A stretch of DNA of 64,000 nt from Alphaproteobacteria bacterium (GTDB taxonomy: Bacteria; Pseudomonadota; Alphaproteobacteria; UBA7887), in NCBI GenBank assembly GCA_965200095.1, contig OZ241350.1, forward strand, positions 3,100,159 to 3,164,158, read 5' to 3'. Shown here piece after piece: positions 54,101 through 64,000 of this stretch. Positions within the stretch are counted from its first letter, which is position 1, and each line of letters opens with the position of its first letter. The position numbers were made by a program, and so were the translations under genes. The notes beneath the pieces are model-generated. The model was not told the origin of the DNA. It saw only the letters and a list, made by a program, of their open reading frames with translations, and ran no database searches.

Positions 54101-55794
54101 GCCCCAGAAAGGTCGCCGTCACCTGGTGGGGCTGCCAGGTGATCGAGCCGCGCTTCAATGAGGCTGGGGCGCGAACGCCCCAGAAAGGCCTCGCGCCTCC
54201 TCCCCCGCACGTGGGTCGAGCGCGGGCTTCAATGAGGCTGGGGCGCGAACGCCCCAGAAAGCCAGGCCGCCGGCGACGGCCGCCCGCCGCGCCGCTCCCA
54301 GCGGCTTCAATGAGGCTGGGGCGCGAACGCCCCAGAAAGGACGATATGCCCGATGCCGGCAAGAATACTGCCGACGCTTCAATGAGGCTGGGGCGCGAAC
54401 GCCCCAGAAAGAGGGGTTTGGGGTTTCCCCAATCGGGGTCAAACTTCGAGCTTCAATGAGGCTGGGGCGCGAACGCCCCAGAAAGAACGCGTTCCGCGCA
54501 ACGACGAAGGGCCCGGCCGCGCTTCAATGAGGCTGGGGCGCGAACGCCCCAGAAAGCCTTCAGCAAGAGCCGCGCCTTGCGGTAGCTGAACATGCTTCAA
54601 TGAGGCTGGGGCGCGAACGCCCCAGAAAGCGGGCCGGCCGCGCAGCCCGACCATGAAGCAGCCGTCGCTTCAATGAGGCTGGGGCGCGAACGCCCCAGAA
54701 AGGAGCAAGGTCGTGAAGCACACGCGCGTTCCCGGTCCGCTTCAATGAGGCTGGGGCGCGAACGCCCCAGAAAGGCCGCCGCGGTTGCCCGCCGCGAGTC
54801 CGAAGAGGCGGGGCTTCAATGAGGCTGGGGCGCGAACGCCCCAGAAAGAGCGCACCCTCGAAGCCGGCTTCGTTGGTCTGGTTCCTGCTTCAATGAGGCT
54901 GGGGCGCGAACGCCCCAGAAAGGGTGACAGCCGAGCCGGCAATCGCCGCCCGCATCATGCTTCAATGAGGCTGGGGCGCGAACGCCCCAGAAAGGCACAC
55001 TACGACGCCACAGGAAGAAGCATGGCGGGGGCTTCAATGAGGCTGGGGCGCGAACGCCCCAGAAAGCCTCCCCCCGAATCACTCGCTGGAGGCTCTCATG
55101 AAGCGGCTTCAATGAGGCTGGGGCGCGAACGCCCCAGAAAGCACGTACGCCGGCGGAAGCCAGTGGCGGCTCGATCCGCTTCAATGAGGCTGGGGCGCGA
55201 ACGCCCCAGAAAGTACAACAAGTTTCGCGCGACGCGAGGCCCGGCCGCGAGCTTCAATGAGGCTGGGGCGCGAACGCCCCAGAAAGAACGGGCGCGCTCC
55301 GTCGCAGCGTCAAGGTGCGGTTGCTTCAATGAGGCTGGGGCGCGAACGCCCCAGAAAGAGAGCAAGGCGCGCTGGGGTGAGAGCGCCCACAATCTGCTTC
55401 AATGAGGCTGGGGCGCGAACGCCCCAGAAAGCTCGAACCGCGCATCGACGCGATGGGGATGCACGCGGGCTTCAATGAGGCTGGGGCGCGAACGCCCCAG
55501 AAAGCGAGAATCGGAAAATCGCCAAAAAGGTCGTTTCGATGCGGCTTCAATGAGGCTGGGGCGCGAACGCCCCAGAAAGCCTTCGACGCGCGACGGGCCG
55601 CTATTCTATTCTTTGCTTCAATGAGGCTGGGGCGCGAACGCCCCAGAAAGCCCGAAACTCGAATACCTGGCCAGGCCATATTCTCAAGCTTCAATGAGGC
55701 TGGGGCGCGAACGCCCCAGAAAGAACGCCACGGCGTCGACCAACCTTTCGGCTGGAGAGCTTCAATGAGGCTGGGGCGCGAACGCCCCAGAAAG
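30177..55794 (-). CRISPR. Type I-G (I-U) CRISPR array, about 350 repeats, spacers ~35-42 nt
   Basis: 36-bp repeat GCTTCAATGAGGCTGGGGCGCGAACGCCCCAGAAAG (minus strand CTTTCTGGGGCGTTCGCGCCCCAGCCTCATTGAAGC, hairpin CTGGGGCG/CGCCCCAG, ATTGAAGC end), ~73-bp period; cas2 and cas4/1 adjacent. Confidence 0.98.
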
Positions 55795-56058
55795 CCGCAC
55801 GCTACAACAGCTTGCATTGGCACGCAAATTTCGCTCGGTTTCAAGAGGGGGCGCGCATCGCTCCAATTATCAAGCCGGAGCGCGCCGGTCAAGCGATTCA
55901 CGATGTCAAATACCCAAGCAAAACCAACGCGTTAACCAAATTCGAGCGACCCCCGGCAAACCTGCGTCACCGGGCCGCTCGAAATCGTCCGGCGGTTTCG
56001 CCTGCCAATGGCGGCCCCGCCTCGCCCTCGCGCCGCGAGACACCACCGGCGACCGACA
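55795..56058 (-). promoter_or_regulatory. CRISPR leader
   Basis: Lower-GC non-coding stretch between last repeat and cas2; IHF-like AACCAACGCGTTA (55922-55934); inverted repeat TTCGAGCG/CGCTCGAA (55941-55983). Confidence 0.75.
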
Positions 56059-56358
56059 TCATATCACGGTCGCGCTCCGCTCCAGCGCGGAAAACGTCTT
56101 GCCGATGCTGGTCACGGCCAGATCGGTCTTGTCGGCCGGGCCCACATCGATGAGCAGGACGTGGTCTTCCCCCGCCTTCACCAATTCGCCCAGACGCGCC
56201 TCCAGCTCCGCGCGCCGCCGTCGAGACATCCGGCATTGGAAGACCGAAAGCTGAAGCCACTCGCCGAAGCCGTTCATCGTCTTGAAAACACGGCGCCAGC
56301 GCCGCGTATCGGAGATGTCGTAGGTCACGATGTAGGTGCGGTCGTCGTTCGCGCTCAT
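56059..56358 (-). CDS. cas2: CRISPR-associated endonuclease Cas2
   Basis: YIVTYDISD.RRW..VFK.M.GFG..LQLSVF.C. Confidence 0.95.
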   Translation of the reverse strand: MSANDDRTYIVTYDISDTRRWRRVFKTMNGFGEWLQLSVFQCRMSRRRRAELEARLGELVKAGEDHVLLIDVGPADKTDLAVTSIGKTFSALERSATVI

Positions 56359-56375
56359 GCCGGCTCCGCCCGCGG

Positions 56376-58112
<1,737 letters not shown>

Positions 58113-58433
58113 GAATCCGCTGTCGTGAACCGCGCCGCGACGGTGTGCCCGCCGCCCGGCAGGAAACGGCGCCGGTCCACGCCGAAGCGCGGTCGCGCCT
58201 TGCTGTCGAATTATGTCGCCGGTCCGTCCCGGCAAGTGGGAAGCGGCGGCAAGAACGGCCGAAGGCCGCCAGGGGCGAGACGGCGATGCGGGCGCGCCAT
58301 GGCGTTCCGCCGGCCCCGGATTACGTTGCCGCCCGCGGACTCCTGCGGCGCGCTGGACACGCGCGCGAACTTGCCCAAGAGTAGCGTCGAGACGGGCGAG
58401 CGCGCACGCCCCCGGGGAACGCGAGGGAGAGTT

Positions 58434-59768
58434 ATGGCCGACCGGAAGCCCGGCGTCCGCGAGATGTACCGCGCCCTCGTCGACGATCCGGTGTCGGTCT
58501 ACCGTCATGTCGGCCGCGGCGAATTCCGCCCGACCCGGCGGATGTTCGACCGTGTCGCCACTACCGCCGACCCGCGCATCGTCCACCACGTCCTCGTCGC
58601 GAACGCCGCCAACTACCGCAAGACCCCTATCGCCCGTTCCCTCCTCGAACCCATCCTCGGGCGCGGTCTGCTGACCAGCGAAGGGGATTTCTGGCGCCGC
58701 CAGAGGCGCATTGCCGCGCCGGCGTTTCATCGCAAGCGTATCGAGGCGTTCGCCGACATTATGGCGGGACTGGCCCATGACATGACCGAAAGCTGGGAAG
58801 CCGCCGCCGGGTCCGGAGAACCGCTCGACCTCCAGTCGGAAATGTCGCGCGTCACCATGAAGATCATCGTCCGCGCGATGTTCTCCGACCGCATCGACGA
58901 AGCCGAGGCGCGCGGCGTCAGCGACGCGATGCGCACTCTCGACCGGCACCGGTTGCGGTTCCGCGACTTCATCGGCATCCCCGAATGGATACCCCGCAGG
59001 CGCGACCCCGCGGTGCGCGCGGCGGTGCGCACCATCGACCGCACCGTGAACCGCATCGTCGCCGAACGCCGCGCCCGGGGCGGCGACCGGGGCGACCTCC
59101 TCAGCATGATGATGCTCGCCGAGGATGCGGAGACCGGAGAACGCATGACCGACCGCCAGTTGCGCGACGAAACGATCACCATGTTTCTCGCCGGCCACGA
59201 GACCACGGCGACCGCGCTGGTCTGGACCTTCTACGCCCTCAACCGGTTCCCCGAGGCCGAAGCGCGCCTGCACGCCGAAGTCGACTCCGCCCTGGGGGAT
59301 CGCCCGCCCGCCCTCGCCGACCTTGAAAACCTGTCATGGACGCGCATGACCATCGAGGAAACCATGCGCCTCTACCCCACCGTCGCGATGATCTCGCGGC
59401 AAGCCGCCGCGGACGACGAAGTCCTGGGCGTGCGGGTGCCCCGCGGCACGATTGTCAACCTGAATATCTGGCTTGCGCACCGGGACCCCGGGCATTGGCC
59501 CGACCCGGAGCGCTTCGACCCCGAACGTTTCGACCCGGCGCGTCGCCGCGAGCGGCCGAAGCATGCCTATTTCCCGTTCGGCAGCGGCCCGCGCATCTGC
59601 ATAGGCAACGCCTTCGCGATGATGGAGGCCCAGTTGATCCTCGCCTGCGTCGCCCGCCGCTGGCGCCTGCGCGCCGTCGGCGACGGCGAACCCCGCGCCG
59701 TCGGCAACGTCGTCCTCCGTCCGCTCGGCGGCCTGCCGGTCACCCTCGAACGCCGCCGCGCCGCCTGA
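58434..59768 (+). CDS. Cytochrome P450
   Basis: GLLTSEG..W.RQR, AGHETT, ETMR, F.PERF, FG.GPRICIG; GGAG RBS. Confidence 0.95.
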   Translation: MADRKPGVREMYRALVDDPVSVYRHVGRGEFRPTRRMFDRVATTADPRIVHHVLVANAANYRKTPIARSLLEPILGRGLLTSEGDFWRRQRRIAAPAFHRKRIEAFADIMAGLAHDMTESWEAAAGSGEPLDLQSEMSRVTMKIIVRAMFSDRIDEAEARGVSDAMRTLDRHRLRFRDFIGIPEWIPRRRDPAVRAAVRTIDRTVNRIVAERRARGGDRGDLLSMMMLAEDAETGERMTDRQLRDETITMFLAGHETTATALVWTFYALNRFPEAEARLHAEVDSALGDRPPALADLENLSWTRMTIEETMRLYPTVAMISRQAAADDEVLGVRVPRGTIVNLNIWLAHRDPGHWPDPERFDPERFDPARRRERPKHAYFPFGSGPRICIGNAFAMMEAQLILACVARRWRLRAVGDGEPRAVGNVVLRPLGGLPVTLERRRAA

Positions 59769-59825
59769 ACCGGCCCAGCGAAGGACTGCGCCCGGGCGTC
59801 CGGCGGGCCCGGGCCCGTTCCGGAT

Positions 59826-61196
59826 TCAGCCGCCGTCTATCTCATCGACGATGGGAACGGCGGTCTCGGCGATCTTGCGAAGCTCGTCTGCGAAATATTT
59901 CGTAATCTCGCCGTCGCCGTTATTGCACTCTTCCCACAGGGCGGGAACGAGAGGTCCCCATTTCCGATATTTTTCATCGGCGAATTTGAAGCACGGCCAA
60001 ATATTGCCTCTTTTGCCGAGTTTCTTCGACTTGACTTCACGCTCGAGTCGTTCGCGTCGCGCCCGTTCGTCGGCCGTCAGATCCGAAATGCGTATGCCGG
60101 AACACACGCCAAAAATCCAGTGTTCGGGTCCTTTCCCGTCGTTGTCCAGGCGAATCTCCGTGCGGTGTCGATCCGGTCCATACGGCTTCCAGCTCGCACG
60201 GTAGATCGAGATATGGCTTTTGGACTGACGTTCGCGCTCGTCGTAACGGATTTCAACTTCGAGATCGCGAAACGCCGACTCTCGCCGGAGACTGTCGGCG
60301 ACCATTTGCAGCGCGTCGGAACAAACCTGCGCTCTGATCCGGGGCCAGGCTTCGTAGACCGCAAGGGCGGTTTCCATATTTTGCTTGCCGGAACGGACGA
60401 ATTTGGAAACCGTGTCTATTTCTACAGGCGCCATGGCGTGCCTCCCGAATTCCCGTTCGCACCAAGTCTCGGCTTCCCGCAGGAACCAGCGCAACCTGTC
60501 CACGTCGCATTGCTTGCGACAGTCGGCCATCCACCTCGTAAGCGAGTAAGCCGTGCGGAAGCTGTCGAACTCGTCTTCCCGGGTTCCGTTGCCATGGTAC
60601 GGCATGATAACGAAACGGCGGCCCGCTTCCAGCCTTTTCAGGGTAGACAGTCGGACGCTGTAGGCGTCCGGCGGCTCGCCCCGCGGCGACAGATAGATCA
60701 GAACGAAGCGCCTGTACCGTCGCTTCAACCAGTCGAGATAGTCCCTGACCTGATCTTTCTGATCCCCGGCCCAGGGCTTGTTCTCGATGGCGAGGCCGTG
60801 ACGTTCGTCGACGTGAACATGAATATCGAGCCGCCGGTCGTCGTCGATCGTCTCTTCAAGCGTCACATGCGCCCGGTTCAGGTCGTCCGGGGCGTCGAAC
60901 CCCTGCAATCCATTGAGCAAGGTCCTGAGAAACAACGCTCCCTGTCCATGCGCGCCGCGCGGGTCCAGCAGGTCGCCGACGATGCGTGAGAGTCCGAGTT
61001 CGTCGGTGCGCAGATAATCGAAGGCGCTGAAGCGGCGCGCCAGTCGGGAATCCAGTTCGCGCTCGAGCGTCCGCGCCGTCTCGAGCCGGGGCGCCAGTCC
61101 ATCGAAGAACCGTTCGTATTGGCGCAATCGGGCGGCTTGGGCGCCCCGCAGGCAATCATGCAACTCGTCGAAGAAGCGTTCCGGGTCGACGGCCAT
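59826..61196 (-). CDS. PD-(D/E)XK nuclease family protein (PDDEXK_4-like)
   Basis: E..LS.....LLDP.G.HGQG..FL, RRLDI, IENK..A.DQ..Q..DY, IYLSP.G; GAGG RBS. Confidence 0.8.
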   Translation of the reverse strand: MAVDPERFFDELHDCLRGAQAARLRQYERFFDGLAPRLETARTLERELDSRLARRFSAFDYLRTDELGLSRIVGDLLDPRGAHGQGALFLRTLLNGLQGFDAPDDLNRAHVTLEETIDDDRRLDIHVHVDERHGLAIENKPWAGDQKDQVRDYLDWLKRRYRRFVLIYLSPRGEPPDAYSVRLSTLKRLEAGRRFVIMPYHGNGTREDEFDSFRTAYSLTRWMADCRKQCDVDRLRWFLREAETWCEREFGRHAMAPVEIDTVSKFVRSGKQNMETALAVYEAWPRIRAQVCSDALQMVADSLRRESAFRDLEVEIRYDERERQSKSHISIYRASWKPYGPDRHRTEIRLDNDGKGPEHWIFGVCSGIRISDLTADERARRERLEREVKSKKLGKRGNIWPCFKFADEKYRKWGPLVPALWEECNNGDGEITKYFADELRKIAETAVPIVDEIDGG

Positions 61197-61248
61197 ATTT
61201 TCCTCGCGCCGCGCGGGACGGGACCGGGCAACGGCAGGCAACGCCGGC

Positions 61249-62106
61249 TTACGCCGGCACCGCGCGCACCCCGGCGCCGATGCGCACATGGGCGCGGATC
61301 GCGTAGCGGTCTCCCGAAAGATGCGTCGCGAAGGCCGCCTCCAGATGCGCGTCGAGCGCCGCCCGCCGCGCCGGCGAAAGTTCCGCCGTCTCCTCCGCGA
61401 ACGACATCTCCAGATTCGCGTTCCAGAACGCCGACCCCGCCGGCGGCGACCCGTCGAAATACAAATCGCGCTCCGTCACCGATGCGAACCCCGCCGCCTC
61501 CAGCGACCGCGCCAGCAGACCGGCTTCCCCGAAACGGAATTGCGGCAGCGCCACATCGCGCGGAAGGTCCAGAAACGCCCGCGCCTCACGCTGCAATACG
61601 GCGAAAACCGTCGTGTCCGCCAAGGGGCCCCACACCATCCATGCGCCCCGTCCTCCCGGCTTCAGCACCCGCAGCGCTTCGCGGAGCGCCCGCTCGGGCT
61701 CCGGCGCGAACATGATCCCGAAGCGGCACACGACGCGGTCGAACGAAGCGTCTCCGAACGGCAGGTCCTGCATGTCGGCGGTCTCGAACCGCAGCTGCGC
61801 AAGCCCCGCGTCCGCCGCCCGACGCCGCGCCGCGGTCACCATCTCCGCCACCAGATCCGTCGCCGTCACCGCGCCCGACGGGCCGACCGCCCGCGCCAGC
61901 GTCATCGCCGGCTCTCCCGCCCCCGACGCGAGGTCGAGCACGCGCATCCCGGCGCCGACCTCCGCCGCTTCGACCAGAGGGCCGTTGAACCGCCCCGTCA
62001 TGCGCTCGATTTCGGGCGCCAGACGCACCCATACCGGCGCGCGTCCCACCCAGTAGTCGCAGGCCTCGTCTCCGTCGAGGGGCGCCGGGCTCCGTTCCGT
62101 ATTCAT
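61249..62106 (-). CDS. Class I SAM-dependent methyltransferase (UbiE-like)
   Basis: VLDLASGAGEP, DL..EM, D...LPF.D.SFD.V.CRFG.MF, RVLKPGGR. Confidence 0.9.
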   Translation of the reverse strand: MNTERSPAPLDGDEACDYWVGRAPVWVRLAPEIERMTGRFNGPLVEAAEVGAGMRVLDLASGAGEPAMTLARAVGPSGAVTATDLVAEMVTAARRRAADAGLAQLRFETADMQDLPFGDASFDRVVCRFGIMFAPEPERALREALRVLKPGGRGAWMVWGPLADTTVFAVLQREARAFLDLPRDVALPQFRFGEAGLLARSLEAAGFASVTERDLYFDGSPPAGSAFWNANLEMSFAEETAELSPARRAALDAHLEAAFATHLSGDRYAIRAHVRIGAGVRAVPA

Positions 62107-63287
62107 CCCCGCTGCGCCGCGCCCGCATTGCCGTAGCGCCGATAGACGAACGCCGGGGCCTCGCGCCCCGCCTCGCCCAGCGGCTCGTCGAGCACGCCGC
62201 GGTCGGGCGCCAGCGCACAGGCCGGGTCGGTGCGCGCCGCATCGCCGGTCAGCATATAAGCCTGGCAGCGGCACCCTCCCCAGTCGATCTCCCGACGCTC
62301 GCAGCCGCGACACGGTTCCGGCATCCAGTCCGTGCCGCGGAAGCGGTTGAAACTCTCCGAATTCTCCCAGATGTCCGCCAGCGAGCGCTCGCGCACCGAC
62401 TCGAACCGCATGTCGGGGATCACCTCCGCCGCGTGGCACGGCAGAACCTTTCCCGAGGGCGAGATGTTGATGAACTGCCGTCCCCAGCCGCCCATGCACG
62501 ATTTCGGCCGCTTCGCATAATAGTCCGGGACCACGAAATCGAAGGTCAGCACCCCCTTCAACCGCTCGCGCGCCTCCTCCACCACCCGCACCGCCTCGTC
62601 GAGCTGTTCGCGCGTCGGCAGAAACGCCGCCCGGTTGCGGAAAGCCCAGGCGTAATACTGCACCTGCGCCACCTCGATGCGCTCCGCGTCGAGGTCCACG
62701 GCGAGCGCGATCATGTCCTCCAGGTGGTGCAGGTTCTGCCGGTGCATCACTGCGTTCACCGTCAACGGAAGCCCCGCCGCGCGCACCCAGCGCGCGGCGC
62801 GTTTCTTCTTCTCGAACGCGCCCCGGTAGCCCGCCACCCGGTCGCCGAGCTCCGAAGTCGAGTCCTGGAAACTGATCTGGACGTGGTCGAGCCCCCTTTC
62901 GGCGAGCCGTCGCACCCGCGCCTCGTCGAGCGTCACAGCCGAGGTGATCAGGTTGCTGTAAAGCCCCACCTTCGCCGCATGAGCCACCAGATCTTCGAGG
63001 TCGCGCCGCACCGTCGGTTCGCCGCCCGAGAAATGCACATGCAGGACGCCGAGCTCGACCGCCTCGTCCATCACCCGCCGCCACTCGTCGGTGGTGCATT
63101 CGCCGCTCGCCCGCTCGAGGTCCAGCGGGTTCGAACAGTAGGGGCACTGCAACGGGCAGCGATGGCTCAGCTCCGCCAGAACCGCATACGGAACCAGCCG
63201 ATCCGGCGCCGCCCCGGAAACCGCCTCAGGCGCCGCCTCGGGCGCCGGCCGTTCGGCGACCCCGCCCGTCTCGCTCATGTCGCTCAT
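62103..63287 (-). CDS. pqqE: PQQ biosynthesis radical SAM enzyme
   Basis: LAELSHRCPLQCPYCSNP, FSGGEP, PDYY..RPK.CMGGWG, LPCHAA, SPASM Cys (C..C.....D.GGCRCQA). Confidence 0.97.
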   Translation of the reverse strand: MSDMSETGGVAERPAPEAAPEAVSGAAPDRLVPYAVLAELSHRCPLQCPYCSNPLDLERASGECTTDEWRRVMDEAVELGVLHVHFSGGEPTVRRDLEDLVAHAAKVGLYSNLITSAVTLDEARVRRLAERGLDHVQISFQDSTSELGDRVAGYRGAFEKKKRAARWVRAAGLPLTVNAVMHRQNLHHLEDMIALAVDLDAERIEVAQVQYYAWAFRNRAAFLPTREQLDEAVRVVEEARERLKGVLTFDFVVPDYYAKRPKSCMGGWGRQFINISPSGKVLPCHAAEVIPDMRFESVRERSLADIWENSESFNRFRGTDWMPEPCRGCERREIDWGGCRCQAYMLTGDAARTDPACALAPDRGVLDEPLGEAGREAPAFVYRRYGNAGAAQRG

Positions 63288-63574
63288 GTCACGATAAACC
63301 CCTTGTCGGCGAGGCCTTGCAGCATCGCCGTGACGTCATCGGCGATGGTCCGGCGCGGCGCTCCCTCGAACTTCGCCGCCAGCGAATCGACGATCTCGCC
63401 CAGCGTGCGTTCGCCGTCGCACAGCGACACCACCCGGCGCGCAATATCGTCGAGCTCGAAGACGCGCTCCGGCGCCAGGATGATCCAGCACCCCCGCGGC
63501 TTGTCGAAACGCAATTTCGCGTGGCGCGGAAGGCGCGGCGCACACGCCTCGTCGAGTATCGTGCGCCCGCTCAT
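63284..63574 (-). CDS. pqqD: PQQ biosynthesis peptide chaperone
   Basis: LRFD..R..W..LAPER......A..V...CDG.R....I...L...F; position between pqqC and pqqE. Confidence 0.92.
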   Translation of the reverse strand: MSGRTILDEACAPRLPRHAKLRFDKPRGCWIILAPERVFELDDIARRVVSLCDGERTLGEIVDSLAAKFEGAPRRTIADDVTAMLQGLADKGFIVT

Positions 63575-64000
63575 CCGGCGTCCGCCCCGGCGCCTTCCGG
63601 CACGAAGGCGCCCGGCGGAATCAACCCCGGCTCCACATAAGCCATATACAGCGCGTCCAGTTGCGCCCACAGCACGTCGGTCTTGAAGCGCACGGCGTTG
63701 AGCACCGCCTCCTGCTTCTCGCGCGTGTCGGCCTCGCCGATCACGTAGTCCCGGCCGAACTCCGCGTCCTTCGGCGCCTCGCCCAGCCGCTTCCTGAAAT
63801 AGGCGAGCGCATGGTCGTCGGCCCATTCGTAATGCCGCGACAGGCCCGAAATGCGCTCCTTGTGGATCGCCGGCGCGAACAACTCCGTCAGCGACGACGC
63901 GATCATCTCCAGCCGCGAGCGCTCGGCGACGAAATGCACATAGGCGTCCACCGCAAAGCGCGTCGCCGGCAGGATTCCCACCGTCGACGTCACATAGTCC
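63571..64000 (-). CDS. pqqC: Pyrroloquinoline-quinone synthase, C-terminal part (5' end beyond window)
   Basis: LPATRFAVDAYV.F, ASSLTELFAP.IH..R, YF..RL..A..D, FK.DVLW.QLDAL..AY. Confidence 0.95.
   Translation of the reverse strand, partial: DYVTSTVGILPATRFAVDAYVHFVAERSRLEMIASSLTELFAPAIHKERISGLSRHYEWADDHALAYFRKRLGEAPKDAEFGRDYVIGEADTREKQEAVLNAVRFKTDVLWAQLDALYMAYVEPGLIPPGAFVPEGAGADAG

Noticed and set aside
30180-55935. Hundreds of ORFs with MRLGRERPRK, FNEAGARTPQK, FWGVRAPASLK or FLGRSRPSLIEA repeats
   Set aside because: Translations of the CRISPR repeat, which is stop-free in several frames; not genes
58434-59768. P450 as a CRISPR ancillary gene
   Set aside because: Divergently transcribed ordinary P450 with no evidence of functional linkage

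Overview
High-GC alphaproteobacterial chromosome segment (inferred from the smc-dsbA-DUF721-mutY and moaB-slt-udg gene order). The left ~22 kb is mostly housekeeping and metabolic genes. It also holds a lower-GC convergent pair (a YaaA/DUF328-like domain fused to a RelE-like toxin, and a DUF7662-like/GIY-YIG nuclease) and a candidate pseudoknotted 5' UTR RNA ahead of a DUF1244/acyl-CoA operon. From 22 to 30 kb is an accessory zone: GT-C-type membrane protein, FAD oxidoreductase, cytochrome c remnant, an inactivated IS481, REP palindromes, two tandemly duplicated membrane-anchored coiled-coil genes and an IS5. A 25.6-kb type I-G CRISPR array (about 350 repeats, estimated by stepping through repeat positions) spans 30177-55794. 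It is followed by leader, cas2 and cas4/cas1, with no interference genes in the window. Overlapping spacers let a 5'-TTN PAM be read from the array itself and show repeated targeting of allelic variants of one locus. The right end has a P450, a PD-(D/E)XK nuclease and a pqqC-D-E operon extended by a coupled methyltransferase. All calls come from motif recognition without database searches.
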